DNA from: Cyanidioschyzon merolae
Lineage: Eukaryota
NCBI GenBank assembly: GCA_000091205.1
Contig: AP006502.2
Length of the DNA: 64,000 bases
Strand: one strand, 5' to 3'
The notes beneath the pieces were generated by a model. It was not told where the DNA came from. It saw only the letters and a program-made list of their open reading frames with translations, and did not search any database. The translations under genes were made by a program, and so were the position numbers. Shown here in pieces: positions 45,521-57,112 of this stretch (its first letter is position 1; the number at the start of each line of letters is the position of its first letter).

Positions 45521-46893
45521 ACGCTGGTGTAGCAAACGCGAACACTGAAATGTATGCCAGTGTCACCGGGTTCGCCAGATTCGCACACTGCCTCGATCGC
45601 TCGTCGCTTTAGCACCCCTAGCCTAATCATACTCTTGGAGGAACGGAGGTCTCGTGCATGCCTGCTTATCGCAACAGAGGATCCAGGGCTTGGTCTTATA
45701 TTCATTGACCTGATTCCATTGAGGAACAAGCTTTCCCGGGATGTTTCATGCATGACGCACGAACAGTGTAGCAACGCAACGGCACGAGAAATTCCGCGGC
45801 CGAACAGCTCCAGCAAGACCCAGTTGGTGTCTCCTGCAAAGCGAGGCCATCATATAGATGCGAGGGCTGGACCCAGGCTATCTCGAAAGAACGGAATACC
45901 TTCATGTCCGGAGCGCAACGAAAATGCCTCGCGCGATGGTATTTTCTGTAGAGAACGCACTTCATGGATCCGCGCTCTAGTTATTACAGTATAGTGCCTT
46001 CCTGTTTCACCGGTAGAAACGGTATATCGAGCGCGACGCCATTCAGTAAGTGGTATGGGCTGCTTCGACGCAGACAGTGTGTGGCGTCAACTGCGTGCAG
46101 TTCTACGCGACACGAGAACTCGACGCCTTCCTGCAGCACGATCTAGCCGCTGATTCGCTGATCGTGTATACTTGTGCGAATGCGTTGTCTGGTTGTCAGC
46201 ATCCTGTACACCAGGGATGCCTGGTGGAACATCCCGAGAAGCGGCCCGACGATTTTGCGCAATACGCGTCGTGGCTTACGCTCCAGGGCTCAGTGCCAGA
46301 GGGAAATGCGCAGCCTCTTTCACGAGAACTCGGCATGCTTTATTATCGAAGGAAGATAGAATGGTTAGAGCTGCCCATACCATCGCTGCAGTTTCCGACT
46401 CGGTTCTCAAGAGACCTGACCCGATGCGCTGAATACAGTTCACATAGGGTAAGCGAGTTTCGTTGGACTCCCACTCCAACAAGTCTACCAAGAGGTTCGC
46501 GCTTCCAATCTGACCACATAGGCTTCGCAAGGCTGTTTGAATGAGCGCTTGGATTTGATAAGGCTCAAGTCTCACGGGCACCGCAAAGTCGACGTCGAAC
46601 CTGAGGTACGCGAAGCGAGCAGGCAGCGTGCAGCAGGGTCGCAGCAGACGCATACCCGACACGTACCAAGAGACGCCTGTCCCGGTGAGCTGAACGCCTG
46701 ACGAGTCCCGATGCAGGCGCGCTAAAAGTGTTGCTTCGTGGTTCGTTAAGTGCTCGGCTTCGTCTCCAGGGCGGTCTTGAAAGCCCAGAGCTCACGAAGA
46801 CGTTGCTAGGATTCTGTTGACTGGGGCTAGCTCCGAAAGACCGTGTGTTCTTGCGACATTTCCGAATATCATTGACAGAGGCTGGCTGCTGGC

Positions 46894-48264
46894 TTGCGTC
46901 GGTTTATCTCAGACATTTATGGATACAATGGACATTGCACATCTTGCCGTCTCCTGGCGACGGCTGGCAACGGCTCTGTCTGCGACAAACGGAACCCGTT
47001 CGAGCATCCGCGCTCCTTGCAGACTCAGAAGCATCTGATTTTGTACGTTACAGTTGCAATTCATCAACGGGCTTTTTGCTATGGTTGCTGCGTTATCCTT
47101 GCACGTTCATTCTCATTTTCCGACGTTTTCACGTCACTTGTAGAGCTTATGGAACTGGACGTGCCTCTTGATGCACAAACGCAGAAACACTGGCGCTCCT
47201 GTGAAAGGCGAGTTGCTGACGCTTTGCGGGTGCTGCAACACGGCGCACTGCGCGGGGAGCGGGATCTCGTTCACGCCATTATCTACCGCAATGCGAACCA
47301 GCACCACAAACACGCCTACTTCCAAGGGCTTCGAAGCGCAGTGCGGGCGCTGGATCGCTTGGACGCTGCGTTTGCTGCACAGAAAGGAAGCTTCGCTCGA
47401 GGAACTCTGCAACTTGATGAGAGCAACTGGCTTGCCGCCCTGGCTCAACTGGATCAGGTACTCATACAGCACCTGTACTCGCGGCAGGAGGTCCAAAAGC
47501 GGCCGCCGCAAGTCACACACCCGCACGGGACGAACGCCTCGTCAGCCCCGGCCCTGCAGTTGTCTTTGGAGACGATAGCAAACGCACTGGAGCCTTTGTT
47601 GGAGGTTGCTATTGAGTGGCTTGCAGTTGTGCGTCACCGACTGCGCATCAGTTTTAAACACGCTTGGCACCACTTGGTCCTGCGTGCGAATTTCCTAGCG
47701 CTGGGCATGGCCCTTGTGGCAGCTGCAGGTCGGCTGCACGCAATCGTAGAGCGGGCGATGGAGAGTCTGACACACGCCCGCTGCCATTTGCACTGGATTC
47801 GAAAAACGCGTCAGAAGCATGCTCGACATGCCAGTACTCGTGAAAAGCGTCCGCAACAGCACCCATCGCGATCAGCGCAAAAAGCTGATCAGTTGCGAGA
47901 GCCAGTCAGCTCTGGAAGGCAACAGAGGCACGCAGGCATCACGCGTTCAACCGGTGTCATCGTCACGGGTTCTATCGAGGCACATGCGAGGATGCGCAGC
48001 ACGAACGACGAACCTTTACATGCAGCTCCTTCTCTGTATCACGCGTTAGAGGCGACACGCTCGCGCACCTCCGAATGGAGCGCCGCCCCTAACGTTTTTT
48101 CGACCTCGCCTCCTGATCGCGCTGCACCGCAGCGGACTCGGGAAGAAGAGCCCGCAGAGACCATGCCGCGAAGCCATTCAGTAGACAGCCTTGATGAGAT
48201 ATTTGCAGCGGCGGAAGCGTCGGAGGCCGACAGTCTTGAGCACCTGAGGCGTTATATTGACTGA
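46894..48264 (+). CDS. hypothetical protein (456-aa ORF) located between the two 1.2-kb direct repeats
   Basis: Long stop-free frame with no recognisable motif and no RT, integrase or gag signatures. Confidence 0.3.
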   Translation: MRRFISDIYGYNGHCTSCRLLATAGNGSVCDKRNPFEHPRSLQTQKHLILYVTVAIHQRAFCYGCCVILARSFSFSDVFTSLVELMELDVPLDAQTQKHWRSCERRVADALRVLQHGALRGERDLVHAIIYRNANQHHKHAYFQGLRSAVRALDRLDAAFAAQKGSFARGTLQLDESNWLAALAQLDQVLIQHLYSRQEVQKRPPQVTHPHGTNASSAPALQLSLETIANALEPLLEVAIEWLAVVRHRLRISFKHAWHHLVLRANFLALGMALVAAAGRLHAIVERAMESLTHARCHLHWIRKTRQKHARHASTREKRPQQHPSRSAQKADQLREPVSSGRQQRHAGITRSTGVIVTGSIEAHARMRSTNDEPLHAAPSLYHALEATRSRTSEWSAAPNVFSTSPPDRAAPQRTREEEPAETMPRSHSVDSLDEIFAAAEASEADSLEHLRRYID

Positions 48265-49402
48265 ATAGTGACGAAGGGAAGGCACTTGATGGGATAGAGC
48301 CACAGGTTTGCATTTGTGACCCGTCCTGGGCCAGCTTAAACTGTCGCAGACGATACGGTCATGTCTCGTCGCAGACGATACGCATTCCAAATCGGAGGAT
48401 ACAGGAAATCACAGAATACGCATGTAACTATTGTTTTCCGCGCGAATGATTCTGGCTGGAGGTTTTTGACGTTGCATCGAGCGGGGCTTGGAACGTCGAA
48501 GTAATCGGAAGCAGCAGCCCGCTTCTATTAGCTTTCTCGCCGGTGGTGCATTCCTTTCTGTGTCAAAACCGAACACTTGAACAGCTCCAGCAGTGCTCGT
48601 TTGTCTCCTGGAAACAAATGCGTGTACATGCGGATGCATCCTGTGCGGAGTTCTGTTCCGTCGGCTCTGCCTAGAGAACACGGGCTCGTAATTTAACAAG
48701 CCGCTCTTCTCTTTCCACGCGTAGAAGGCTAAGTATCCACCAACACGATCTGGAAGCGCGCTGTCTGTCGCCCCAGGGTCGCGGTTCCTAGTTTGAAGGC
48801 GCGCAGCACGGAACAGCCTCGCCATGACCTCGCAAGTGGTGTCGGGTCGCGCCTTGTGGACGCGCCACCATCATGTCTCTGTCCACATGCTGCAACTATG
48901 CCGTACAGAGCATTGAGTAGCACTGACTTGGTATACTACGTTTGTAAAATCAAGGTTCCGGTAAGCGCTCTAAAACTTAAGAACAGAAAGAACTCTTTGC
49001 AAATCCTCGTTGAGTCTCCGGGCGAAAGAATCTATTCGCTCCACCTGGGGCGCTCATGAAAATGTCCTTGTTCCTCGGCGCGACCTAGCCATGGGTAGCG
49101 TAGGATCTGAAGGCCCTATCCGAGCCCGAGCAAGCCACAAGTTCGAGCACGATAGGCATCAAGCGAGCTCTGCGCAGCAGGTCCGCGTCGGTATGTGTTT
49201 GGTAGCTGGCCATCACGTCCACATTCATATCAGAATAATATGGGACTGTTCCATATGCCTTACTCGGGTACATATGCTAACGATAAGGTATATTCCCACT
49301 ATGAGCAACATCAGCCTTTGCGGGCTTTTTCTGTGACCGCTTCCTTTTCCTCTCTCCTCTCTTCGACTTTAAAATGAGCTGGGCTCTACTGTCTTTCCTG
49401 AT

Positions 49403-50612
49403 CAATCGTCAGCAGTCGAAGTGTGTTGAAGGCAACTTCCTAGTCCCGATCTCGCCGCCTCCGGCTCTTGTCAAAGTACTACATGCACGGCCGGAAGCTG
49501 TAATCTACGCTTCGCCTGCCATTTTCATCTTCTTTAGATAAAGCAAAAGTGCGCCCTTCAGCGCCGCGGTCCTTGACTGTGTTCAGCTGTTCCCAAACGA
49601 CCATCACATGACCTCCGAGCGCCATCCTGCGTCAGTTGAAGGCACGCCGCATCGCCCGGTACGGGACCGGTACAGTGCGCTCCGCTCGATGCCTTCTTCT
49701 GTGTCTCCGGCCACTGCCGAACCCTGCGATGACGGGCTTCTGCTGCACGATACCCTCGAGGAGTACGTTTTGCGCTACGTGCGCAAGCGCGCGCTGTTCC
49801 ACGTAACAGAGGATCCGCGGAAAGCAACGCTGTCCGCAAGGAAACAAGAACCCCGAGAGAAGTCCAGTTTCGAGAAGTGACATATAAGTTTCATTCCGTC
49901 TACGGTCCCTCCGTGCAAAACGACGACACGTTCTCCAGTCGAAACAACCGTTGCGATGTCTCAAGTCCGGGTCCAACACCCGATGCTCATGCAGACAGAA
50001 CAGCCGGGAGCAGCCTCTGGAAGCATATCCCTCGAACGGTAACCAGCTGGTGCTGCGGAACCCTGTATCGTTGATGGCCGCGAAGAGAGGAGCATTTCTC
50101 TTCCCTACCTTGTCGACTATTAGATCACGTAGGGAAGATCAGTGAAATTGCGGCATGGACAGGCGAGCGAGTCCTCAGTGAACGATGTCGAGTTGCTTTT
50201 GTCGTCCGTCCAGTGGCGTGCAGAACTGCGCACATGCGTCGCCTTGAGGCAGCAAGGTTGGAAACTTGAAGAACGTGTCACTTGGGCGTGCGACGCATAA
50301 AGCTAAAAGAGAAGAACGGAGGTTTGTGTGTGTTTCTGTGAACTGGATTATGATACCGGATAGTTTACCAACCCATATGCAATCGAATCCCGCTACATTC
50401 CGTCAACTACGACCTTCCAAAGTTCAGGGGCAGCAAGGCGTCGAAGGTTTCACTCCGAACAGACAGTCGAGCAACCTAGACCTTGGTGTAAATGTTTCAT
50501 CCAGGAATGGTTCCACTTCAAATATAGAGGCTATACATCAACCAAAATTTCGAGGAAGCTGCTCAAGGCTGGCATAGCGCGAGCACTTTGGTGTTCCATT
50601 TTGATCTAACAC
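49403..50612. repeat. direct repeat copy 2 (~1.2 kb)
   Basis: See copy 1. The offset between copies is 5092 bp. Confidence 0.9.
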
Positions 50613-50696
50613 GACTTCAGCGCATTGAGCTCTGCGGTTCTCGGACAGCGCTCTTGGAACTGCGCCTACTTGTCTGCTTCCCTCACTTTACTGTAA

Positions 50697-51515
50697 ATGT
50701 CGAGGTTTTTGTCCCGAATATGGACTCGGGACGTGCTGCGAGCTTTCTGGGTCCAAGACCGACGGGTTCTACACCGATGTCTAGCTCCCGCTTCGTGTCG
50801 GCAGTGGCAGCTGCAGGGCTTCGGTTCGCGCAAACTCACCGATACGGCAGCGCGCTCGAAGGAGGAAGCAGAGACCGCTGCAGGTGGAGCGCCCCATGCG
50901 CAAACTCAGAGCGAAGTTCTCTCAACTATTGAGGCGCTATTGTCGAAACCGTGGACTGGAGAGTTTGAGGCAAACCTTGTGCCACTGGAGCCTCACCTGG
51001 AACGAGCAGCAACCATCTTAGCCCGCGAACAGGCGGACTGGCAGAAAGTTCAAGTCGCTACCGGTCCAAGTCCAACCGCTGAGGCCCGAGCGTTTGTACA
51101 CGACCTCCATTTGCTGTTCCTCGTCAAGGAAATGGCCCCGACAGCGTCTTTACTTGCAGAAACCGCCCTGGACCTTTTACGTTTGCGTATGGATGAGACC
51201 GGTTTCCTTGGCAGCCAAGTCAAACCGTCCAAGTCACAGCTAGAAAGCGAGATCGAGGACACAGTTCGTGCCTATGAGGCAGCAACACGCCGTCTAGAAT
51301 CTGCTAAAGAGAAAGCGGTTCGGGATGCTCCTATCCGCGAGCCGATTTGGAACGAGGCCATACGAAAATGGGAACTGGATGTAGGCATCCACATCCTGCA
51401 GCTGAGGCAAACCATCAGCATAGAGGGATACAGTGAACGGTTCGGAGCGATTGCAGGGCATCGCATTGTTCCAGCTAGAGTGGTGTCCATCGAGAAATCT
51501 GACTCCACAGGCTGA
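50697..51515 (+). CDS. hypothetical protein (272 aa, predicted coiled-coil-rich)
   Basis: Uninterrupted ORF immediately downstream of repeat copy 2, with no recognisable domain. Confidence 0.3.
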   Translation: MSRFLSRIWTRDVLRAFWVQDRRVLHRCLAPASCRQWQLQGFGSRKLTDTAARSKEEAETAAGGAPHAQTQSEVLSTIEALLSKPWTGEFEANLVPLEPHLERAATILAREQADWQKVQVATGPSPTAEARAFVHDLHLLFLVKEMAPTASLLAETALDLLRLRMDETGFLGSQVKPSKSQLESEIEDTVRAYEAATRRLESAKEKAVRDAPIREPIWNEAIRKWELDVGIHILQLRQTISIEGYSERFGAIAGHRIVPARVVSIEKSDSTG

Positions 51516-53071
51516 GCTGGTCAGTGCAAATACGAAAACACGCTCTCGATGAACACATCTATTGGAGATCCTGTGCTTGTCTTTCGCTCAAGAAGCCTTT
51601 GAATTGATCGTTGCTCTCGCGACGTATCCATACAAAATGGACAAGTGAAGCAACACCGACGTGGTAGACGATATCGAGACCGTGTTCGATGGAATCCCAG
51701 TCGGGCCTGCCCAGATGTGGAAACGAGTGAGGTGGATGCTGGTTCCGGCCTTGGCTGGATGCGAAACTATCGCAAGACAAGCATAGCGATGCAGACGGGC
51801 GCCAGTTTTGTAAGGACAAAATCACAAGTCACTGTAGGTGTTGTATGGGGGCCCGATATCCGCTGAAGACTTTTTGCAGGTCGTGGCATGCATTCGAAAG
51901 CGATACACCGACTCAGCGATTGCACACGGAAGCACACGCGTGGAGTTCTTGTGAAGCAACTGCTTCGTTAGCTTGCACTGGGGTCTTGTGCGCGTGAATT
52001 GATACGCGATGTTCAAAAGAATGTGACAAAATCTTCGATCGATTCGAAGAGCTAAAAGCTATGCGATTCCTGCATCTAACTGATTTTCGCGTTCGCCAAC
52101 GGGTCAGGGGCAACTCACCAGATCAGTGCCCTACTGCTTCTAGACTATCTGTGACTACCTATATGCGACACTGATACCTTCGGAGCGGCGGAATCGAACC
52201 AATGCGCTGCGGAGCACCAACTCCTCACATGAAGGTAGTAGATTGCGAACGACATGAGGCGCGCGCTCGATCTGCAGTCAATGCACGGCAACGTTCGCTT
52301 CGTGCACATGAACGCCCGGCAACGAGAATTTCCGCGACCCTTCCAGCTAAAAGCGGTTATAACGACCAGAAGATAGGTCTGAGGATTCACAGGCCCTACT
52401 TAGCGGGTATGAAGGCGCTAGTCGCAGCATCCAATGATATAGGTGCACAGCTCTGCCCGGTGATGTTTCGGAGGTGAACCAGCGACCCTGAAGCATGCCA
52501 CATCTTGATCACGGTGCATGGCGCCCTGCATGAAGAAGGCATCGAGTCGGACGCAGCGCGCGTCGCCCATGAGCACTTGCAGCGCGCGTGGAAAACGATT
52601 TGAGTGCATTCCCATGTGGTACGCGGGTACTCTCCAAAAAAGCATCGATAAAAGCACCCAGTGCACTGCAAGGAGAGGGCGCACTCCTCCTCCTCCTCCT
52701 CCTCCCCTCCGTGTATCGTTCCAGACTGTGAGCTCGTGTTGCGAACACTGGCAGTTGCGAATCACAGATCGCTGCAGTGGCCCGCCACTGGTCATCGAGT
52801 GACTCGTCTCGGAGGTGCGCTCGCCGCCCAGCGCTGCTCCGTGAGCGCGCCCAGTGCTTCATGACCACATGGGTATTGTTCCGGATTTTTCCAGCACCTC
52901 ATTGGCATCCCCTTTCACCGTCGCATCTGATATCCTGACAAAACAGCAACACCACGCAGGGGAATCGTCTGGAGTTGTTCAGCTGGGCGGAGCGCCCAGC
53001 CGCATACCGGGACTCCAGAGTTCCTAGGTATCTCGCATCGAAATGCGCCAGCGTGGCGTGCGTAATGGCCT

Positions 53072-55489
53072 TCAGCACGCGCTGGAGCGCGTGCTCCAGT
53101 GCTCGTCCCACTCCCGAATGTACTGACTAGCCCTTGGTATATTGCAGCTGCCCAAAAGTTGGGCGACGGCATTTCGAAACCATTCCTGCGCCGAGACTGC
53201 GCTATCCGACGAGACAGAGTGCATTGCGCTGCACTGTTCGAGCGCTTCTCGCCAGGCTCTGTATAGCCGCTCACGCCATTGTCGTAGGCAGCTTTCCCAG
53301 GTGGCAGATATCGTCGCAGTCGCTGGTCCATCGAGTGTTGCAGCAGTGGCAAGAGTAGTAGCAGCATCAAGAGCAGCGTATCCTGCATCCGGCTCGAGCG
53401 CAGCAGACTTGGCGGCATCGTTCGAATGGCGTTGTCGTTGCAGCGGAGCAGTTGTAATCGAGGCAGCTTCGTTCCATTCTGCTCGCACGCGAGGCTTCAG
53501 CGGTGCGCCGCTCGGCAGGCACTCGACGGCGAGAAGCATCGTGAGCCATGCAGTCGCTCGCAGTTCGGGAGTGTCGTGCATCCAGTTATGGAACGGTGCT
53601 TCGAGCACCTGATAAAGTGCGCCTTCGAAAACGAGCGGTGTCGCCTCTGCAAGCAGTGGTGCCAAGTGTGCCATTCTGTCGGCAGTAACTGCCGCGAGCC
53701 TGTTCAGTATTTCCGTCAACTGTTCCGTGATTTGCACTTCGAAGCAATGACTTGTGAGTTTGGTGCGCAGCTCCTGTGCCCAGCGTTGCAGCTCATCAGC
53801 AATTCCTCGAAACGGTTGCGAATCACCGACGAGCGCGATGCACTGATCATAGAGCGTTGCTTGCGCCCCAACGGTAAGCTGTCCCAGTAGCTCGCAGTTG
53901 TGATGCCATAGACTCCAGCGCTCTGCAGTGACAGGGCCCTGCAACGCTGCGAATTCACCTGCCGACAGCGCCTCGGCAAATAGCGCGACGAGATGCCTCT
54001 GGAGCAGAATCTTCACTTTGGCGACGGATTGCTCCTGGCTGTCAGCAGTTTCGCATACTGCGCGCCAGCTGCGATGCTCTGCAGCGAAAGCCTTCCATTC
54101 GACAAGCTTGGCTGCGAGCGCTGCGAGCGACTCCCCCAGGCTCGACACATCATCCGGCTCTGAATCGAGTAGTCTGCGCTCAGATTCCGACAAAGAGCAA
54201 ACAGTGAGTGCATGCCGCAGCTCGCATTCAAGGCGGCGAAGATTCCGAATTTCCACCTCCAGCGCCGCAAGCCGAGTCCACTCCAGGGCCTGGAACAAGG
54301 GCCGGTGACGCAGTGCTGTGAATACCCGTCGCCAACGCTTCTCCTCTGCTCCAAATTCCGGTGTATGTTCGCGTAAAAGCCTCGAAAGATCCTGCAACTG
54401 TTCAGGAATATGCTCCACGTGCGTCAGCTGGCCCCAATCGAACGCCACCAATGTCGAGGGAGGCTCCAGCTCCGGGCTAGTAGTGCCAGCGGTCAGGTCG
54501 AGGGCGGGCCCTTCGAATGAGGTTAGCGTCCTATGCAACAAAGGTGGCGTCAGAATTCCCGCAAGTGCGTCCGTCCCGTTTTGTCTAGCGTTATTGACAG
54601 TCTGCTGCACAGCAACGCCATCAGAGACTTGATCCTGAGGCCCGGGCGAAGGCGACCGCCTCCGAAGAGCAGACGCTGACGAAGGCACCGGCTGGCTGCT
54701 TGCAGCGGCTGCGTCAAGAGGCAGACGTGCCCCTCCTTCGACGTCGACCGCAGCACCTTCATCTGCTGTGATGCCTTTGAGAGTGACAGGAGGTTCTCGT
54801 GCAGTGCTTTCCATGGTACCTGAGCTCATGACTTTGTCGGTCGTCGCTCGCTGACCCCGAAGCTGCAGCTCCGCAGCATAGCACTCTCGATAGCTATCCT
54901 GGAGCACCTGCACAAAGCGCGTTGCCTCAGCTAGGTCGCTCGGAGCACAAAATAAACAACTCCCATCGTTGAAGAGGAGTGTGAGCCTTGTTTTCGACTC
55001 CGTCGACTCTGAAACCCACTCAACTGCTCGTAGATCCCTGGCGTCCCAGCTTCGGGTGAGTAGCAGACGCTCGCCAGATAACTTGTGTAGGGCAAGCGTA
55101 GGCCGCTGTTTCGAAACACCCTGTCCTTTTTTAGAGGACCTGGTTAGTGCTAGAAATCGCTTTTTCTCTGTCTGCTTTCGCATTCTCTGAAGGAGGCGTC
55201 GCCCTGTGCTTTCCCACTCCACTCGTCGCAACTCGAGGACCGCAAGACATTCCTGGCCAACCTGAAGCGCCACCGCTCCGCTGACCTCTTTCTGAGGTTT
55301 TGAAGTACGATAAGTTTGCTCTGACTGGCTCATTCTCGAGATTGGAGGTTTCCCACTAAACACGCGTTGAACCGCTCTGCGGCCCAGACGTCTCGTGCTT
55401 GGTTCGCCTCCTGTCGAGGAGAAATCAAAGTCTGGCGGATGCCGGAACGTGTCCCGCACACCTGCATTGATCGCATTGTACCTCGACAT
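53072..55489 (-). CDS. hypothetical protein (805 aa, coiled-coil/helical, no recognised domain)
   Basis: An 805-codon stop-free frame with GC-biased codon usage like neighbouring genes. Confidence 0.4.
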   Translation of the reverse strand: MSRYNAINAGVRDTFRHPPDFDFSSTGGEPSTRRLGRRAVQRVFSGKPPISRMSQSEQTYRTSKPQKEVSGAVALQVGQECLAVLELRRVEWESTGRRLLQRMRKQTEKKRFLALTRSSKKGQGVSKQRPTLALHKLSGERLLLTRSWDARDLRAVEWVSESTESKTRLTLLFNDGSCLFCAPSDLAEATRFVQVLQDSYRECYAAELQLRGQRATTDKVMSSGTMESTAREPPVTLKGITADEGAAVDVEGGARLPLDAAAASSQPVPSSASALRRRSPSPGPQDQVSDGVAVQQTVNNARQNGTDALAGILTPPLLHRTLTSFEGPALDLTAGTTSPELEPPSTLVAFDWGQLTHVEHIPEQLQDLSRLLREHTPEFGAEEKRWRRVFTALRHRPLFQALEWTRLAALEVEIRNLRRLECELRHALTVCSLSESERRLLDSEPDDVSSLGESLAALAAKLVEWKAFAAEHRSWRAVCETADSQEQSVAKVKILLQRHLVALFAEALSAGEFAALQGPVTAERWSLWHHNCELLGQLTVGAQATLYDQCIALVGDSQPFRGIADELQRWAQELRTKLTSHCFEVQITEQLTEILNRLAAVTADRMAHLAPLLAEATPLVFEGALYQVLEAPFHNWMHDTPELRATAWLTMLLAVECLPSGAPLKPRVRAEWNEAASITTAPLQRQRHSNDAAKSAALEPDAGYAALDAATTLATAATLDGPATATISATWESCLRQWRERLYRAWREALEQCSAMHSVSSDSAVSAQEWFRNAVAQLLGSCNIPRASQYIREWDEHWSTRSSAC

Positions 55490-55549
55490 GGCAGGGTGCT
55501 ATACTGGCCTCGTTGACGTATTCTGAGGCTCTAGGTTGAAAGAAACTTG

Positions 55550-57112
55550 TCAACCTTGAGTGCTTTGCTTTTTTGCCCTCACTTGGGCGGAAAAATCTGT
55601 ATGAGTTTCGCAACCGGCCAACGCGTCCTCCGACTTGCTTGTGTTGAAAGAGAAACGCTGCCCCCTGGAACCGTTTCTCGGCGAACGCGTAGGCCGTGCC
55701 CCAGACGAGACAGTTTCGGGATCCAGGGAAGGGGTTCGGAAGCTTCTAGCGTCGAAGTTTCCAGAATCACAGCGGTTTTCGCACAAACGCGGCTCACTTT
55801 GGGGCGGCAACCAACTCTGGCGGCGGCAGCACTTGCTGCAGCCAACAGCGAGAAAAGCCTCGACCAGCCCCGCGAGACAATCCACGACATAGTGGTGTCG
55901 AAGGAAAACCGCCGCCCAGGAGACCGATACCACGTAGGCCCATGAAACAGAGACAAGTGCGAAGAAAACCCGTCTTCTATGGCCACCTGCTGCTTGATTC
56001 CCGGAAACAAACGACTGCCCCTTGAAGGCGCTTGCCATCAGCGCGTACTTGCGGCAGGGCGTCATGGAAGTTATGAAGCGTCTCTGAGAATGCTGCCGTA
56101 TTGCATATTCAGTACATTTGATCGCCATCCAGGTGGCCGTGGCAACATGCAGCGATGGGAACGCCGCGAACACCCATAGGTTCCGTTTGAAAAGGGTAGA
56201 ATACAGAGGAAGCCCCAGCCACTCGTCGATCGCTTCGAGTCGCGCTGCCGAACCTGTTTGCCTCCGAGAATACCATCTGCGGGACTTTGCGTTTGTGGAT
56301 GCAGCACACTGTTGTGATGTTGGCCAGAATGCACCCGTTTCCTGGAGAACAAACCAGGGCGGGGCCGTTGGCCATACAATGTGCAGGATAATGGCTATAA
56401 AGTTCAGCCAACCGTACGAAGATAGCAAGTCAAGAGTAACGGTCCAGGTCGTGGGATCCAGCGATGTCGCCGACATCCTGGGATTCTTTGATGTGCCAGC
56501 AACAAGATACAGCAACAAGAGGAACGTGGCAGCTGGCACAAACGCATGCAGACTGTAGATGAAAGCAGCAAGCAACTCCGCTGTGTAAATATGACCCTGC
56601 GATTCCGTAGAATCATTCAGACGCGAACCGCAAAGCCAAAGCTGCATCGACATTGCACTACTCTGGTTTGGTGCCAGCAACCGAGTCTGATCGATCGTAG
56701 CGAACGGACGACGGTCTCGCGAAGTCTGCTCGATGAAAGCCCAGCTCATTTCATTTCCAGAGTCGCCCGTGTTCTGCAGTGCATGCATTCGATTCAGTTG
56801 CAAGGCACGTGTTCCTAAGGCGCTTGACAGTGACAGCATACGGATCAAAGCCCGATCCAACTTGGGGAGAAAACACAGATGTTGGACTGGCGGCCTACGC
56901 TGGGCAGGCACCACCACCCCGTAAAAGTTATAGATTAGCCACCATAATGTAAAGGGCAGAACTGCCCACAACAGATTTTTCCTTCTTGCACGAGAGTTTG
57001 AGCGTTTTTTTGATTGACTGGTAAAGCAAGCACGAGTGTCTGGCACCCGAGTCCGACGTATGTGATCCTCTTGCTCGGGCCGTGAAGTCTCCTCGCTCTC
57101 CAAACCTGCCAT
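55550..57112 (-). CDS. PAP2-family sphingolipid synthase-like membrane protein (inositol-phosphorylceramide synthase AUR1 / SMS-like)
   Basis: Multi-pass membrane protein. The PAP2 catalytic motifs are 'FAAFPSLHVATATWMA' (C2-like, SxH) and 'FLRHHYVVDCLAGL' (C3-like, H-x3-D). The HYxxD...G arrangement is typical of the IPC-synthase / sphingomyelin-synthase clade. Confidence 0.65.
   Translation of the reverse strand: MAGLESEETSRPEQEDHIRRTRVPDTRACFTSQSKKRSNSRARRKNLLWAVLPFTLWWLIYNFYGVVVPAQRRPPVQHLCFLPKLDRALIRMLSLSSALGTRALQLNRMHALQNTGDSGNEMSWAFIEQTSRDRRPFATIDQTRLLAPNQSSAMSMQLWLCGSRLNDSTESQGHIYTAELLAAFIYSLHAFVPAATFLLLLYLVAGTSKNPRMSATSLDPTTWTVTLDLLSSYGWLNFIAIILHIVWPTAPPWFVLQETGAFWPTSQQCAASTNAKSRRWYSRRQTGSAARLEAIDEWLGLPLYSTLFKRNLWVFAAFPSLHVATATWMAIKCTEYAIRQHSQRRFITSMTPCRKYALMASAFKGQSFVSGNQAAGGHRRRVFFALVSVSWAYVVSVSWAAVFLRHHYVVDCLAGLVEAFLAVGCSKCCRRQSWLPPQSEPRLCENRCDSGNFDARSFRTPSLDPETVSSGARPTRSPRNGSRGQRFSFNTSKSEDALAGCETHTDFSAQVRAKKQSTQG

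Noticed and set aside
46276-46662. 128-aa minus-strand ORF with weak resemblance ('RLLRP...RFAYLRFDV') to RNase P/MRP Pop5-type N-termini
   Set aside because: The resemblance rests on a few residues only, and the ORF overlaps a plus-strand ORF of similar size, so the evidence is insufficient.
44311-50612. Interpretation of the two 1.2-kb direct repeats as LTRs of an intact LTR retrotransposon
   Set aside because: The repeats lack TG...CA termini. There is no tRNA-complementary primer-binding site next to the first repeat and no polypurine tract next to the second; a polypyrimidine run lies on the wrong strand and side. The 3.9-kb interior has no gag, protease, RT, RNase H or integrase motifs. 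I kept it only as a non-autonomous element or segmental duplication hypothesis.
52170-52260. tRNA-like T-loop string ('ggaatcgaacc', the reverse complement of GGTTCGATTCC) suggesting a minus-strand tRNA
   Set aside because: Folding the surrounding ~75 nt by hand gives no acceptable T-stem (only 2-3 pairs) and no acceptor or anticodon stems, so it is most likely a chance match.
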